Source: the human T2T-CHM13v2.0 reference genome, Homo sapiens. Taken from it: a stretch of DNA of 64,000 bases. Under the pieces are notes generated by a model. That model made no database searches, had not been told where the DNA came from, and saw only the letters and a list, made by a program, of their open reading frames with translations. The stretch is from the NCBI RefSeq assembly GCF_009914755.1, contig NC_060928.1. The stretch is one strand, 5' to 3'. Shown here in pieces: positions 26,190-38,578 of this stretch (position 1 is its first letter; every line of letters begins with the position of its first letter). The translations under genes and the position numbers were made by a program.

Positions 26190-26860
26190 GGGAGGAGACT
26201 CATAATAATGCTTGCTAAGTATCAGGTATTGTTCTTAGAGGTCTGTCTGAATCAACTCATTTGGTTCTCACTCTTATAAAAGGTATATATCTCTGTGGGA
26301 AAGATACTTTACTCCAGTTTCACAGATGAGGAAACTTTGGCACTGAACACTGATATTAACTTATCTAAGTTCATGTAGTTATTCCACTAACCAGGAGAGG
26401 TGAAGTCATGTGTCTATACCAAAGAAATCATAAGAACATAGAATAAAGGTCTATTGTGTCTTTTCTTGCTCAAGTCATAGTCTTACATGGCTTGGGAATT
26501 CCTCCTTCAAGAGGTCACTCAGAGATCAAGGTTGCTTCCACGTTGTAGCTACAAATCTATAACTAAGACATTGGAAATACCTAGTTTTCAAGGTCATCAT
26601 GGAGGGTTAGGGAGGGTGAGGGGATTGATCATGGGGATTATGAACAGTCCTGGAAATGACGAATGCTACTTCCTTCATATCCATTTGCTAAATCCGTCAT
26701 GTGGTTCCAACTTAATATAAAGCAATCTAGGAAATGTGGTTCTTCTATGTGCTTTTAAGACAACATGAACTGGTGAACTGACAAATTTGTGTCACAGTTA
26801 ATGAGTGGCACAGATAAAATTTGAATCTAGACAGTCGTACAGTGGTTGGTCACCCTCTTA
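26190..26860 (-). mobile_element. MIR interrupted by an old MLT1(J/K)-like LTR
   Basis: MIR core 'tttcacagatgaggaaact'; MLT1-like interior about 26430-26795 ending 'tgtgtcaca'. Confidence 0.5.
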
Positions 26861-28087
26861 ACCATTAAGTGCTTCCTATAAAGAAATATTTATAATGCAA
26901 TGTGGCAAATGAAGCCAAGCAGAAAAATGAACATTGGAGAGCTAAAGGAGAGCACTTTGTAGTCAATAAGTCCTCATCAAAATCACATGTAACATGATAA
27001 AGTTTGGTATTTGTCCTTCTGAATAAACAAGGTGATATGTCAACACTGTACTCTGTTCTTATACAGTATTTCTTTGTCAAGAAAAATATATTCTATGGTT
27101 CAGTCTTATTGTGTACTTTTATTATACTGTTATGTATTTAACCTAAAAAAGGGATAAACTCTGACTCTGTGTGCTTTTCATTCTTATGTTAAAACTAAAA
27201 TATAATTTGCACATGCAATATAAGCATATATGCAAAACCAATAAAATTCAAATCAACATGAATTTAATATGACAGATAAAATTATTTTGTTGAAACTAAG
27301 TTGCAATTCCCATTGTGACTCTGATTTTGATTGCTATATTGCAATTCCTTTGATTTTGGCATGACTCATCTGCTGGTTGCCCTTGATGGCTTCAACTTTC
27401 CTACCATAGTTTTCTATTTGAATAAGTAGGAAACATTTGTTTATGTAGCACTTTCTCATATCATTTGGCCTTCGCTTGTGTTGGTGCAAGATATAGTATT
27501 TACATGTTAAGTTGGACTCTGTCTTACATTAATTTGCCTGTGCCTTCTAAAGTGGAATTACCTGGAGGCAATTCAATTGTAAGTATAAATGCAAACTGTA
27601 TAAATGGGGATTAAAGTATAAATGGGGATTAAAATTGTCTAAGAGAACTCACACATGTAATGGATATCTTTTTAGTATGGGACCCATGAGTTTCTAAAAC
27701 TACTGGGAGATAATGCATAAGACCTGCAACACAAACTAACAAGGGGTAGGCTTTTTAAAACTAGGGAAATAGCTTCATTTTTTGTTTTAAAGAAATAATG
27801 GGTGTCTCTAGAGAAGAGTAGGAGCAGGGTTCTATTATTTGACCCATGTAGGCTATGTGTAATCTCAGCCAGCCTGGATTCAATTCTTCATTTCCATGCC
27901 CTGGCACTTTATTGCAACTGATTTGTAATCTTTGTGCATTTTCCACATAAAATATTTTCTGTAATATCATGTAAAAGTGAAAAATGGCTTTGTTGAGTAG
28001 GCGTTGTTAAATTTATAAGTTACAAGCAATACTAAAGCCTGAAATTTAGATGAACACCTGGAATCATGGAAATCTTAAGTTTAGTAA

Positions 28088-28444
<357 letters not shown>

Positions 28445-29632
28445 TGACAGCAAAGTAATATATTACTCAATGAAACAATAATTCAAACCCAGATAAAAAT
28501 TAAAAACAAACATTTTTACTTTACTCTTTTCTTTCCCCAGTTTTTCCTACTTTTCTACTTTTTAAAAATACTTCTCCCCCTTCCTTTTCTGTTTCAGTCC
28601 TCTCCTCACTCTCTCTTCATTTCGTTTATCATTAAATGAGGATTATGAAATATACACTATTTGTCAGGTATTATGCTAAACACAGAGGATTCACAGATGC
28701 ATAAGAGGCAGTCTTGAATTTCAAGGAGATTTCAGTGTAGTAGGAAGTAGAAACACAATAAATTATTTAGGTGATGGGCTGAGGTGGTTAACACCTAGGA
28801 AAGGAAGATACAGTTGAATTGAAATGGAGGGGCCAAAAAATTTGGCAAGGGAAGTTTTGAGGTTAGGTGAGGGTCAAGAGGGGCTTCTAAGAGTCATCTT
28901 TTACACTGAATCTTTAAGGACACATAGGCTACTCTGGTGGTCATTTAGACCCACGGTAGAATGTATTACAGTACACAATACATATTTAAAAACTTTCTGC
29001 ACACATGGGGAGGGATTATCTCTGAAATAGATACCTGACTATTTCTGTTGAGCCTATTATTAATGGTATTACACTTTTATGTCCATTAGAAACACCTGAA
29101 GTGTTAAATAAGCAGGTTGGTATGTAGACCCTTTCCCCAAAGAAACTAATTAGATCTGTAGCAGGACTGAGCAATCAGTGTTAAATCCTGATTGTTTAAG
29201 CAGGTGATCCAGAGTCTATAGATTTATAAACTCCACCACATTTGGCTTGCAAATATAATGATAGGTTTGCAGTTGTGTTTGGCTATAGGGGTTGATTTTT
29301 TTTTAAATAAAAAAGAAGAATTGTTTAGAGTACACTGGGTAGAGGTGGCTGAAGCACATTTATGAAGATATAACCAGAAAAGAGAATCTCTGAGAATGTT
29401 AGAAGTGAGGTGCTTCCTGAGGTGAAATGGGTAGTAAAAAATTGTGAAAGCTGCAGTAGTGTAAGGGATGCAGAATGTCTAAGTGTAGCAATTTATAATG
29501 GTTGACTTGTTTTTGTTTTGTTTTAATAAAAAATCTCTTTTGCTTCACAAAAGCTTTAGTAAAGTTGACTGCATAAACATGGTTAGCTGTATGTAACTTA
29601 TTTTTATTTAAGACAATAAGAAAGACGTTTTA

Positions 29633-30115
29633 TCAGTCATGAGCTAGAGCCAAGCTGTACAGCATGGAAGATACAATTTCTAAAATTACAGGGATTTTGT
29701 GAGGTAGTTGCTAAATATAACCATCATTAAAAATTAACATATAAACTTACATATAAAAATTAACGTGTAAGCTTACAAGCAAATATATTGTATTAATAAT
29801 AGCTAATATATATTGAAAAGATATCATGACCTAATTATTTTACTACAATGTACTATTATCTTTGTTTTTGAAGCTATTGATGCCTACTGTATCTAAGTAT
29901 GTATATACATATGTATATACATTTATATCTGAGTAATCTAAATATACTCAGACACAATAGATATTAATAACCTGAAAAGCAAAGATATGTACGCAGTGGT
30001 ATACTACTGCACATCTCTTCTCAAGTCTTCATACAGAGACCTCTCATTGGTATCTTGAAATTGTCACGATGGGGGAATTTGCAACATGAAAATTATCAAG
30101 CATTGCAGAGAAAGA
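29633..30115 (+). mobile_element. hAT-Blackjack MER63-like DNA transposon
   Basis: 'cctaattattttactacaatgtactattatc' and 'ggtatcttgaaattgtcacgatgggggaattt' resemble the recalled MER63 consensus. Confidence 0.6.
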
Positions 30116-30319
30116 CTCGGTATTTTTCTTGTTTTCTTTTGAAAGCTGGTTCTTAACTCACTGTCTCAGTGGACTACTTTTTTGTCTTTCCTCCCTCCCC
30201 ACCCTTCCTTTTCCTTTTGTCTTTCTTCTTCCCTCCCTTTCTTCCTCTGTCCTTCCATTCTTTGTTTTTTCCACTTTACCCATCTGGTATTCATTTTCCT
30301 TTCATAGGGCTGTGGCTTT

Positions 30320-30870
30320 TGAGAAACACCTACTTGTACTAACAGCCTGTCTACTTTTTATGACATGATTCAGTGGAATATAAAGAATTTAGAGTAAACC
30401 AGTCTAAACATCTACACATTCTATTCTCAGCCATAGCTGATTCTGAGAAATGCACTTGACTCAAGTCAGGCTAGTCACAGTTAAAATTTTACACTTGATC
30501 TTAGCCAAAAGGCTGAGAAACTATAGATAAAATTTTAATTGCAATCCCAAGATTTTTGTTTGAAAGGCCTGGGAAACAGTCTATTACTTTTCCTTTGGAC
30601 ATTAATCACCAGGATAATAGCCTGTGGATTCCTGGCACTAACATGGTGGCTAGGAGGGAAGATGGCTTGAGGGTGAAGCCAGGACAAAAAAAGAACTAAG
30701 CACACAAGATAGTGTGCCCTGGTCATATCATCTGAGCCCTAGATTAAGCTATATCTGGATTATTCACCTCCTTGAGTGAACACATTACTTTTCTTCATTA
30801 AGTATGTTTGGGGGTCTTTCCCACATTAGTTATATAAAATCTTCCAATTGCAGCAGACTGAACTTTATAT
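30320..30870 (+). mobile_element. Old MLT1-like LTR hosting the U2 retrocopy
   Basis: Degenerate MLT1 3' motifs ('ctgagccctagattaagctatatctgga', 'aattgcagcagac'). Boundaries approximate. Confidence 0.45.
30490..30524 (-). pseudogene. U2 snRNA 3'-truncated retropseudogene (nt 1-35)
   Basis: tacacttgatcttagccaaaaggctgagaaactat is the reverse complement of U2 ATCGCTTCTCGGCCTTTTGGCTAAGATCAAGTGTA (32/35). TSD agttaaaatttta / agataaaatttta. Confidence 0.92.
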
Positions 30871-31550
30871 CTTGTATAAAATAGTGCAAAACAGAGATCG
30901 TTCCTATGGGCTGGTGAGATAATCCATGAACTGGAGAAGCAAGAGTCCAGGCAGAACCTGCGGAGATAGCAGAGACTCACCAAGAAAAAAGAAACTGAGC
31001 TCTCAGACTTGGCAACTAGTGATGGTTACATTATTCACTATGTTTAACTTTACTATCTATTAGTATTTGGTCTTTAAATAGTAATTATTTTTTATTCTAT
31101 TGTTACGCAGTTTTACAATCTGCATTTCTTGGTTTTATGTATTTTACCTGAAGGATTAGTTAAAATAAATATTTCATGAGGTCAAAGACTGTATTTTTGT
31201 TTTGTTTTTAACCTCACATCATCCCATCCTTTGAAATATTGTGTGTTTGAGAAATGTTGTTAATTGATTAACTACATTTTATTGCATCTTAGGGAGAGAT
31301 CTTAGTATCAAAATTCTTTTGTATTTCCATTATTTATTGTAATGGAAATATTATATATTTCCATATATAGGAAAATTATATATATCCTAGAGTGCTTTCG
31401 TGAAAAAAATGGATAATAAATTGAGCAAATTAGATCAATATCCTCTATCTGTGATAACTTATAAATAAGAAGATTAGGGGAAGTGATAGAAGATGAATTT
31501 TCTTGTTAAGGAGTTCATGCATTAAGTAGAACTTAAAATAGTTTGATCCT

Positions 31551-31656
31551 GGGGTGACCATACATTCTATTTGCCACTTATGCTGGCAAATTATTAATAG
31601 CACTCTCTTTAATTCTCAACAGTGTCCCAGTTTGTATGATAAATTACATTGCCCAG
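31551..31656 (-). mobile_element. MER94-like hAT MITE
   Basis: 'gggtgaccata...ttattaatagcactctc...agtgtcccagtttgtatgataaatta'. Confidence 0.65.
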
Positions 31657-33699
31657 TAGTTATTAAAATATTTCTCAAACCTGCATATCATCTGAATTAC
31701 CAGGAGACAGATTTTTTTAAATATAAACTATTTCCAACATGTAAAAAGAAAGAAAATAATAGAAACCTGTATGCCCACAATCAAAATCTGATAAATGTTA
31801 ACATTTTGCCATTTTTCTTTAACTGTTTTCTTGTAAAAGCAAGACAATATTACAATTAGTATTAATAAATCTACTATCCCAATCTTGTCATCTTCCCTTT
31901 CTCCCCAGAGATAATTATTATGGTCAGTAAATTATCCTGCCTATGCATTCATTTATATTTTGATTGTGTGTGTATTAAAGACTTAGATGTAGTAATTTGC
32001 ACAGTTTAATACTGTTTATATAAAAGTTACTAAAACAAAAACAGCAATATATATTTTTATGAAAACATTTTAAAAATATGAATTACTGAACATCTCTCCT
32101 ATGCATTAACTCAGAATGTTTTGGATTTGGAACCAGGAATATATATTGTGTCCCAGATGATTTTGATATGTAGATAGCTTTGGGAAATTTGATTATTGTC
32201 AGATCCCAAACTAATTTACAATGTTTAATTAGATTTATAATATCTAGCTTGATGGGCTAGAGATTCAATATTGAATATAGGCAATAAACATTCGAGAATG
32301 AAATCTGATAAGCTAAACAGATCAACTTTTCAGTGATCTTTAAAATACAGCCTGTTATGTTTTCCTCTTATCATATTAGTATATTAGTTTCACATGGGTT
32401 TTCAAGGGTGAGAACTATGGAATTTCCACCTATTATTTCAATTCCCAAATTGAAGTAGGCCAATTAAGCTGTGAAGCAAGACAATTAAACTGTGTGGTCA
32501 TGGGCATACGGCAATATACTAAAAATTACATTTAGGAAATACTTATGTGAATAAAAGATAATGCTAATGCATTATTGAGTTTTAGGAAAGGCCAAAAACA
32601 TTTTAGAAAACATTAATGGGTTCAGAGAATGGATGCTGAGAATATGCTCTTAATGTATTGAATTAAGAAAGAATAATACAGAAGGCAAAAATGAACTTTC
32701 AGAATAGAAACTATTAGAGAAGAATAAAGGTATAGGCCTAAGTAAATTGCTAATTCCTTGTATGCACTGAAAAGTATCTAATTTCAAGCACTTTACTAAA
32801 TTTATTGAAATTCTTAGAGTATTATATATTTGACTTCCTTAATCATTGCATGTTTTGTCTCTTTTTAACCAAAACCAACTGACCTGGTATGCTCTGATTA
32901 TATGAGTGTTTACACAATTGTCCTTGAGTCCTAAAGCAAACTGTGATTCATTTCATACAATGGTACTAATGATAGAAAACAACTTAGAAAATCAACTTTG
33001 AGACTTCTGGAAAGTTTCAAGTGACATATCCTAAATATTTACATGTATATTTACATGAGACTTCATTGACAGATTCTCACCACCAAACTTCATCAATCAA
33101 GCATCATTTGGAGTGAATTGGAAAGATACACATTCTCAAAATATCTTCAAAAGATTTAATGATGTCGCTCTATGTTTCTAAAAGTTACAGTGACTTTGGC
33201 ACCTCATCATTTTACTTGTCTTTTGGAGTCTCAAGATAATAGAAAGGGATTAATGAAAAGGATAGGATAATTTGGGAAGAAATTGTGGTTTGCAACTGAG
33301 CTATCAAATAAATCACCCTCTAAAGGAGACAACAATAGAGAAGATTTTGCCTCTAGCCATTGGGTAAAGATAAGCATTCAAAATGAGACAATGAAGCCTG
33401 GGGTAGATAATAGCTTATCCAGCAGAGTGATGTTTCCAATTAATGTTAATAGAAGCATATAGAATTTCACAATACTGCTGTTAGCCATTCTTAGAATTTT
33501 GTTAACATCTGTATGCCTATCCTTTATTCAACACCTCGAATAAAAAAGTGGGGAAAAATTGAATCAATGCTTCTTTATCGAAGGTAAGGGAGATTTTAAT
33601 TGAGAATCACATTTTTTAAAAGTGGTTTAGAAAAAAGTAAGGTGGTTTCGCATTGCTCTTTATTACACAGATAATTCTTACATAAGTTTTGACCCCATT

Positions 33700-34830
33700 A
33701 ATCTGCTAATTAAATATCACAAGTGTCTGAATCTGTGGGAAACATTGGACATCTAGAAATGAAAAGGCAGATGCAGTTACTGCAAATTATGGTACCCCAT
33801 GGTAAATGCAATGTAGGGAGATTACAAGGTGCTATGAGAACATGTATGAAAGTTACTTAACCCAGGCTTAATGGTTAGGAAATGCCTTCCAGTGAGAGAG
33901 AACTAAATCAAGAACAGAAAGAAAGGTGGGGGTTAAGCTAAAAGGATAGGGGTTGGGGGTTAAAGTTTATGATAAAATTAACGGCATGTGCAAAAACCTG
34001 TAATAAGGATAATATGCTTAAATCACTAAAAGAAGTTAGCTTTGATAGACTCCTAAGAGGAACAGGGAATGAGAGTGATGAGACACATAGCTGAAAAATG
34101 ATCCAATGACACTTGAATTTGATTATAGGAACTGTGGATAGTTATTGAAGTCTAGATGTGATCATCCTTGGGTTTTAGAGAGGTTCCTTTAGTTCATTGT
34201 GGAGAATAGATTAGAGGAAGTCTCAAACGGAGGGAGGGAGAGCTTTCAGTAGTCCACGTGACTCTAGAAAAGGGTAGAGGCCAATAAGAGAAATAGGCGG
34301 ATTTGACAGATTTTGGGGGTGGTACTGACAGAACTTGGTGATTAATTGGAGTTGATGATAAGGGAATAAGAAGAAATAAGAGTAACATCCAAGGTGAATC
34401 TTGCTGTTGGTAAGTGGGACTAGTGTATTGTAATGCCCTTGAATGAGGTGGGAATTACTGGGACACAGATATGGAAGAAGATAAAAGTTGTATGTAAGGA
34501 ACATGTTTACAATAGGATTTAGGTAGGTAGCTGTATGTAACCGTCTGATGTTCACGGGAGTTCCTTGGGCTGAGGTTATGTTTTGGAGAGTCATGAATGT
34601 TAAGATATTAATTGGAATCATAGGGGTGAATGAGGTGTCTTATTGTATAGAAAGAAAAGAGATGAGGGCACAGCACAGGATTTTCTGGAGGAAAAACATT
34701 GAACAGAAAAGCATACTTCAAAAAAGAAAAAACCAGGGATGTGGAATGAAAAGAAAATGGAAAATTCAGGGAGAATTAGGACAAGTATGGAAGTCTGCTT
34801 GATATGAGATGGGTCTTTTATAGAATGCAA
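33700..34830 (-). mobile_element. L2 fragment
   Basis: Purine-rich antisense L2 motifs ('tttgacagattttggggg', 'ggacacagatatggaag', 'tttggagagtcat'). Confidence 0.6.
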
Positions 34831-36579
34831 CAGATAAGAGAGTGGCGTTAGTTATACATGGGGGAAGAGCAGAGTTGCTTCACTAAATCATTTTATATCT
34901 AAGACACTAAGACAGAACAGGAAGCAGGTTGAGATTACCTGACTGCAGATTATAAAAGGAGTAAATCCAGTTGTTATCTGGTAGATAAGTTTGCTGTTCT
35001 GATCTCCCAAAGATACTATATTTTGAGAAACTATATAAAATTTTGATAAACACTAGATCTGGAATTCTAATATAACACAATCAATTTCATGTCTCTGTTG
35101 ATGTGGTTTCAATGTTTTAATAGTCAGTCTAAAGAGTTTTTGCCTTTTTAAAATGACAGAACATGATAGCAAAGCCATCAAGTATCAGATTTCAGAGATT
35201 TGGTCAGTCCTATCAATGTATAAATATAATGGGTTGGATGTTTTTATGAGAAGTATTACCACTAAGATTTTTATATTTTTCTTCTTCTCTGTCTGTAATG
35301 ATGCGAAGCAAGAATTGGGATTTTTGCTCTTTAAGCATTTTTGCTAAAATTTTGTAAAATGTGTGAATTTTAAAATCATCATTCTTCAGTGTCAGGTATT
35401 TTTTACAATCTAATAATAACTGTCACCCCAAAATCTTTTTTTGTTGTTGTTGCTTTGCTGTTTTTGAGAATCTGAGGAGGAATAACACTGTTAGAAAATA
35501 TATTGGGTCTTAAGTTTCCCAATGAAAGCCCTAGTTCTTAAAATATATTATGCTTGAAGGTGAGATCTGCTTCAACATATAAAAAAGCAGCATTCTCAAA
35601 TACTTTTAAAATCAGAGTTCACACTTTGATCATACATTTCCACTTTATCTTTTGAAATGTTCAATGTAACTGACAAAGACTGCTGCATCACAGCCTAAAA
35701 TCAAAGGACTTATTATTTCTGTAATCTAGGAATTAGGTATGGAGTTTTCATTTCTTATAAGTGCATAATAGGGAGATAACACTTGCATTTTCAGATTAGT
35801 TAGCACAGCAGCAAGTAGTAGAACTGGCCGGTGAAAGTAACGATATTCTGACAAATATTTTCACTTAAAATTAACATTTTGTTTTGCTCTTTAAAATAGA
35901 TTGTATTTTTAGTTCTTTCAATATGTTAAAATTTAAAAACTCTCTACTGCTCCTTGCAGGAAGCATGAATGGATTATATAAAAGATTATATACTCATATT
36001 TAGAGCCAACAAAATTATTGTACTTTTTTCCTAATATATAAATTAGGGTAGACACCCACTCTAGCTAAGCAAAGGAAAAATAAAACTGCAAATTTTCAGT
36101 GGCTTATTTTTTTCTTATGTAAAGCTTGATACAAATCAGGCAGCCTTTTTTGATCTTAGGCGACAACATGTAGAACATGGTACTTAGGAATGCTGCAATA
36201 AGAAGAGGAACACTGGTGGTGAACTGTGTTGGCCAGAACAGGTTGAATAGCTGGAACCTAACTATGGAAAAGGCTGAGGAAAGCAGAACACACAAAATAC
36301 TAAGTACTAATTGCTTCTGCCACACTATGTGCTTTATAAAACTGGAAGGTTAGTGAAAAAACCCAGATTCGAGAAAGCCTACAACCAGGAAAATCTGGAG
36401 AAAGAAGGATCTTAAGGAAAGAACTAAGTCTTGGAGACTTTCTGTTTTCATCTTCTACTCTTCCCTGTTTGGATAATTTGCTTATGTGGTTTGTTGCAGG
36501 TTTTCAGTTGTGTTTTTCTAATTAATTTGTAGAAGCTCTTTATATATTCTGGATGTAAGCCCTTCAAAAATTATGTTTT

Positions 36580-36928
36580 GCTTTGCAAATATTTTCTTCC
36601 ATCCAACAGTTGTCTCTTCACTCTGTTGATTGTTTCCTTTGCTGTGCAACTTTTCAGCCTAATGCAATCCCATTTGTGTATATATGCTTTTGTTTTCTTG
36701 TTTTGGGGATAATGTTCATAAGTTCTTTGGAAGGCTTATGTTAAGAAGCTTTCTTCCTATGTTTTCTTCTAGAAGTTCTACAGTTTCAGGTCTTAGATTT
36801 AAGTTTATTATTCATTTCGAGTTGATTTTTGTATTTGGGGTGAGATAAAGATCCAATTTTATACTTTTCATATGGATATCCAGTATTCCCAATACCATGT
36901 ATTGAAGACCCTGTGTCTCCATTGTGTG
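36580..36928 (-). mobile_element. L1MA ORF2 segment, inverted relative to the adjacent 3' end
   Basis: Antisense ORF2: 'tgtttcctttgctgtgca', 'tttcaggtcttagatttaagt', 'atggatatccagtattcccaatacca'. Confidence 0.8.
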
Positions 36929-38340
36929 CAAGGGGCTATTATTCAAAATATTTAAGAAACTCAAACAACTTAATAGCAAGAAAACAAATAACCTAATAAA
37001 TAAATGAGCAAAGAGTCTGAATAGATATTTTTCAAAAGAAGGCATATAAATGGCCAATAGATATATGAAAAAAAATGCTCAACATCACTAATCATCAGGG
37101 AAATACAAATAAAAATCATGAGATATCACCTTACACTTATTAGGATGGGCAAAAGGACAAGAGATAATCAGTGTTGGTGAGGATGTAGAAAAAAGGGAAC
37201 TCTTGTGCACTTTGGCGGGAATATAAATTACTGTGATCATTATGAAAAATGGTATGGAGGTTCCTCAAAGAATTAAAAATAGAACTACTGTATGATCCAG
37301 CAATCTCACTTCTGGGTATATATCCAAAGGAAATGAAGTCAGTATATCAAAGAGATAGCTGCACTCCCATATCCATTGCAGCATTATGTAATAACCAAGA
37401 TATAGATGCAACCTAAGGATACATGAATAAAGAAAATTTGATGTGTATACTCAATGGAATCTTATTTGGCATTAAAAAAAGAAAAAGGCATGTCATTTGT
37501 GACAACATGAATGAACCTGAGGACATGATGCAAGTGAAATAAGCCAGACATAGAAAGACAATTACTGTATGCTCTCACTTACATGTGGAATCTAAAAATG
37601 TTGTACTCATAAAAGTAGAGAGTAGAATGGTAGTTACCAGGGACTGAGGATGTGGAATGGAGAGCTGTTGGTCCAAGGGAACAAATTTTCAGTTAGAAGG
37701 AATAAGTTTATAATAATACAGTTAATAACATGCAGTTCATAATAATATATTGTATATTGGAGACTGTATTAGTCCTTTTTCCTGCTGCTGATAAGGACAA
37801 GACTGGACAATTTACAAAGGAAAGAGGCTTAATTGGACTTAAAAGTTCCACGTGGCTGGGGAAACCTCACAATCATGGCAGAAGGCAGGGAGCAGCAAGT
37901 CACATCTTATATGGATGGCAGCAGGCAAAGAGAGGGTTTGTGCAAAAAAACTCCCATTTTTAAAACCATCAGATCTCGTGAGAACCATTCACTATCACGA
38001 GAACAGCAAGGGAAAGACAACCCCCCGCCCCTGCCTACATGATTCAGTCATCTCCCACCTGGTCCCTGCCACAACACATGGGAATTATGAGAGCTACAAG
38101 ATAATATTTGGTTGGGGACACAGAGCCAAATCATATCACAAGCCACACAGTTAAGACTAATATATTGTGTATTTGAAAATATCTAACAAAATAGATTTTA
38201 AATGTTGTCACCACAAAAAGATAAGTACATAAGGTGATGAATATGTTAATTACTTTTATTTAATTGTTCCACATTGTGTACATATATCAAAACATCACAT
38301 CATACCATAGAAATGATATATTTTTGTCAGTGAAAAAGAA
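36929..38340 (+). mobile_element. L1MA (MA7-9-like) ORF2 end and 3'UTR, interrupted by a THE1 LTR
   Basis: 'ctcaacatcactaatcatcaggg', 'atccagcaatctcacttctgggtatatatccaaagg', 'ggtgatgaatatgttaatt'. Confidence 0.85.
37765..38138 (-). mobile_element. THE1A/B solo LTR
   Basis: 'tgtattagtcc...gtcacatcttatatggatggcagcaggcaaagagag...gccaaatcatatca'. Confidence 0.92.
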
Positions 38341-38515
38341 ACAAGTAGCTTTTAAAATTAAAAATGTGCATATATACATGTGTACCCTATGGTTTGATAT
38401 TACATTACCTCAATTACTTATTTGAAGAACTGACATTCTAAATTATAATGTAGAGAAATTTACCCTTCCCCCATGCTTGTAGATAAGTGTTTTCTGTAAC
38501 TTGTTTAGAAGTTTC

Positions 38516-38517
38516 TT

Positions 38518-38573
<56 letters not shown>

Positions 38574-38578
38574 ACACA
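38516..38578. repeat. (CT)n(CA)n compound microsatellite
   Basis: Seen directly. Confidence 0.95.

Noticed and set aside
33073-33180. Open stretch after 'cttcattgacag'
   Set aside because: All frames stop within about 110 nt, there is no convincing donor, and the peptides are unrecognisable.
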